Assembly (NCBI GenBank): GCA_951406725.2
Contig: OX597824.1
Location: 54,808,001-54,872,000 of the forward strand
Direction of reading: 5' to 3'
Length of the DNA: 64,000 nucleotides
Source: Octopus vulgaris
Lineage: Eukaryota
Shown: positions 63,814-64,000 of the stretch, piece after piece
Layout: every line of letters begins with the position of its first letter
Position numbering within the stretch: position 1 is the first letter of the stretch
Notes under the pieces: model-generated
The model's input: only the letters and a program-made list of their open reading frames with translations
Databases searched by the model: none
What the model was told of the DNA's origin: nothing
Translations under genes and position numbers: made by a program

Positions 63814-64000
63814 AGCCAGAACGGAACAGATATTTTCACGAGGCATTTCCGTCCCTGCCTCGGCAATATCTGACCTAAAATTTTCAAATCATCGCACTCG
63901 CGCCAAATTTATCGGCAGCAAATAAATATAAGCCGCCGATTCCATTACGGAATCAACCAGAAAATTCATAATTAATCAATATAGGGTGGCAAAAAAAATT

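Larger units (their letters stand above)
62121..64000 (-). mobile_element. Tandem array of 486-490-bp hammerhead-containing units (candidate non-LTR retrozyme), at least 3.8 copies, continuing beyond the window
   Basis: Units start at 62121, 62607, 63095 and 63585, are nearly identical, have no ORF in the track, show many hairpins, and carry one hammerhead each. Confidence 0.88.

Overview
Eukaryotic, AT-rich, repeat-dense genomic DNA. The repeat content and very long (TA)n/(TATG)n tracts suggest a coleoid cephalopod such as Octopus; this is an inference. The one host gene is Arp2 (ACTR2) on the + strand, with seven coding exons between 36277 and 52714. Its first coding exon was not found, so the first 36 kb may be intron 1. 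The rest is microsatellite plus nested mobile DNA: three CR1/L2-group LINEs, many RTE LINE copies and tails, a tRNA-derived SINE sharing the CR1 3' end, three Penelope-like elements, hAT, piggyBac, Tigger and Tc1/mariner elements, Helitrons, and a ~500-bp satellite. The top finding is a tandem array of 486-490-bp near-identical, highly structured units (62121 to beyond 64000). Each unit carries an intact type I hammerhead ribozyme on the - strand, making it a candidate retrozyme that could yield circular RNA. A diverged fragment of the same unit lies 31 kb away, and Penelope-associated hammerheads of the same architecture occur nearby, one in sense orientation inside an Arp2 intron. All long Ile/Tyr-rich ORFs are microsatellite artefacts. 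All alignments and folds were done by eye.
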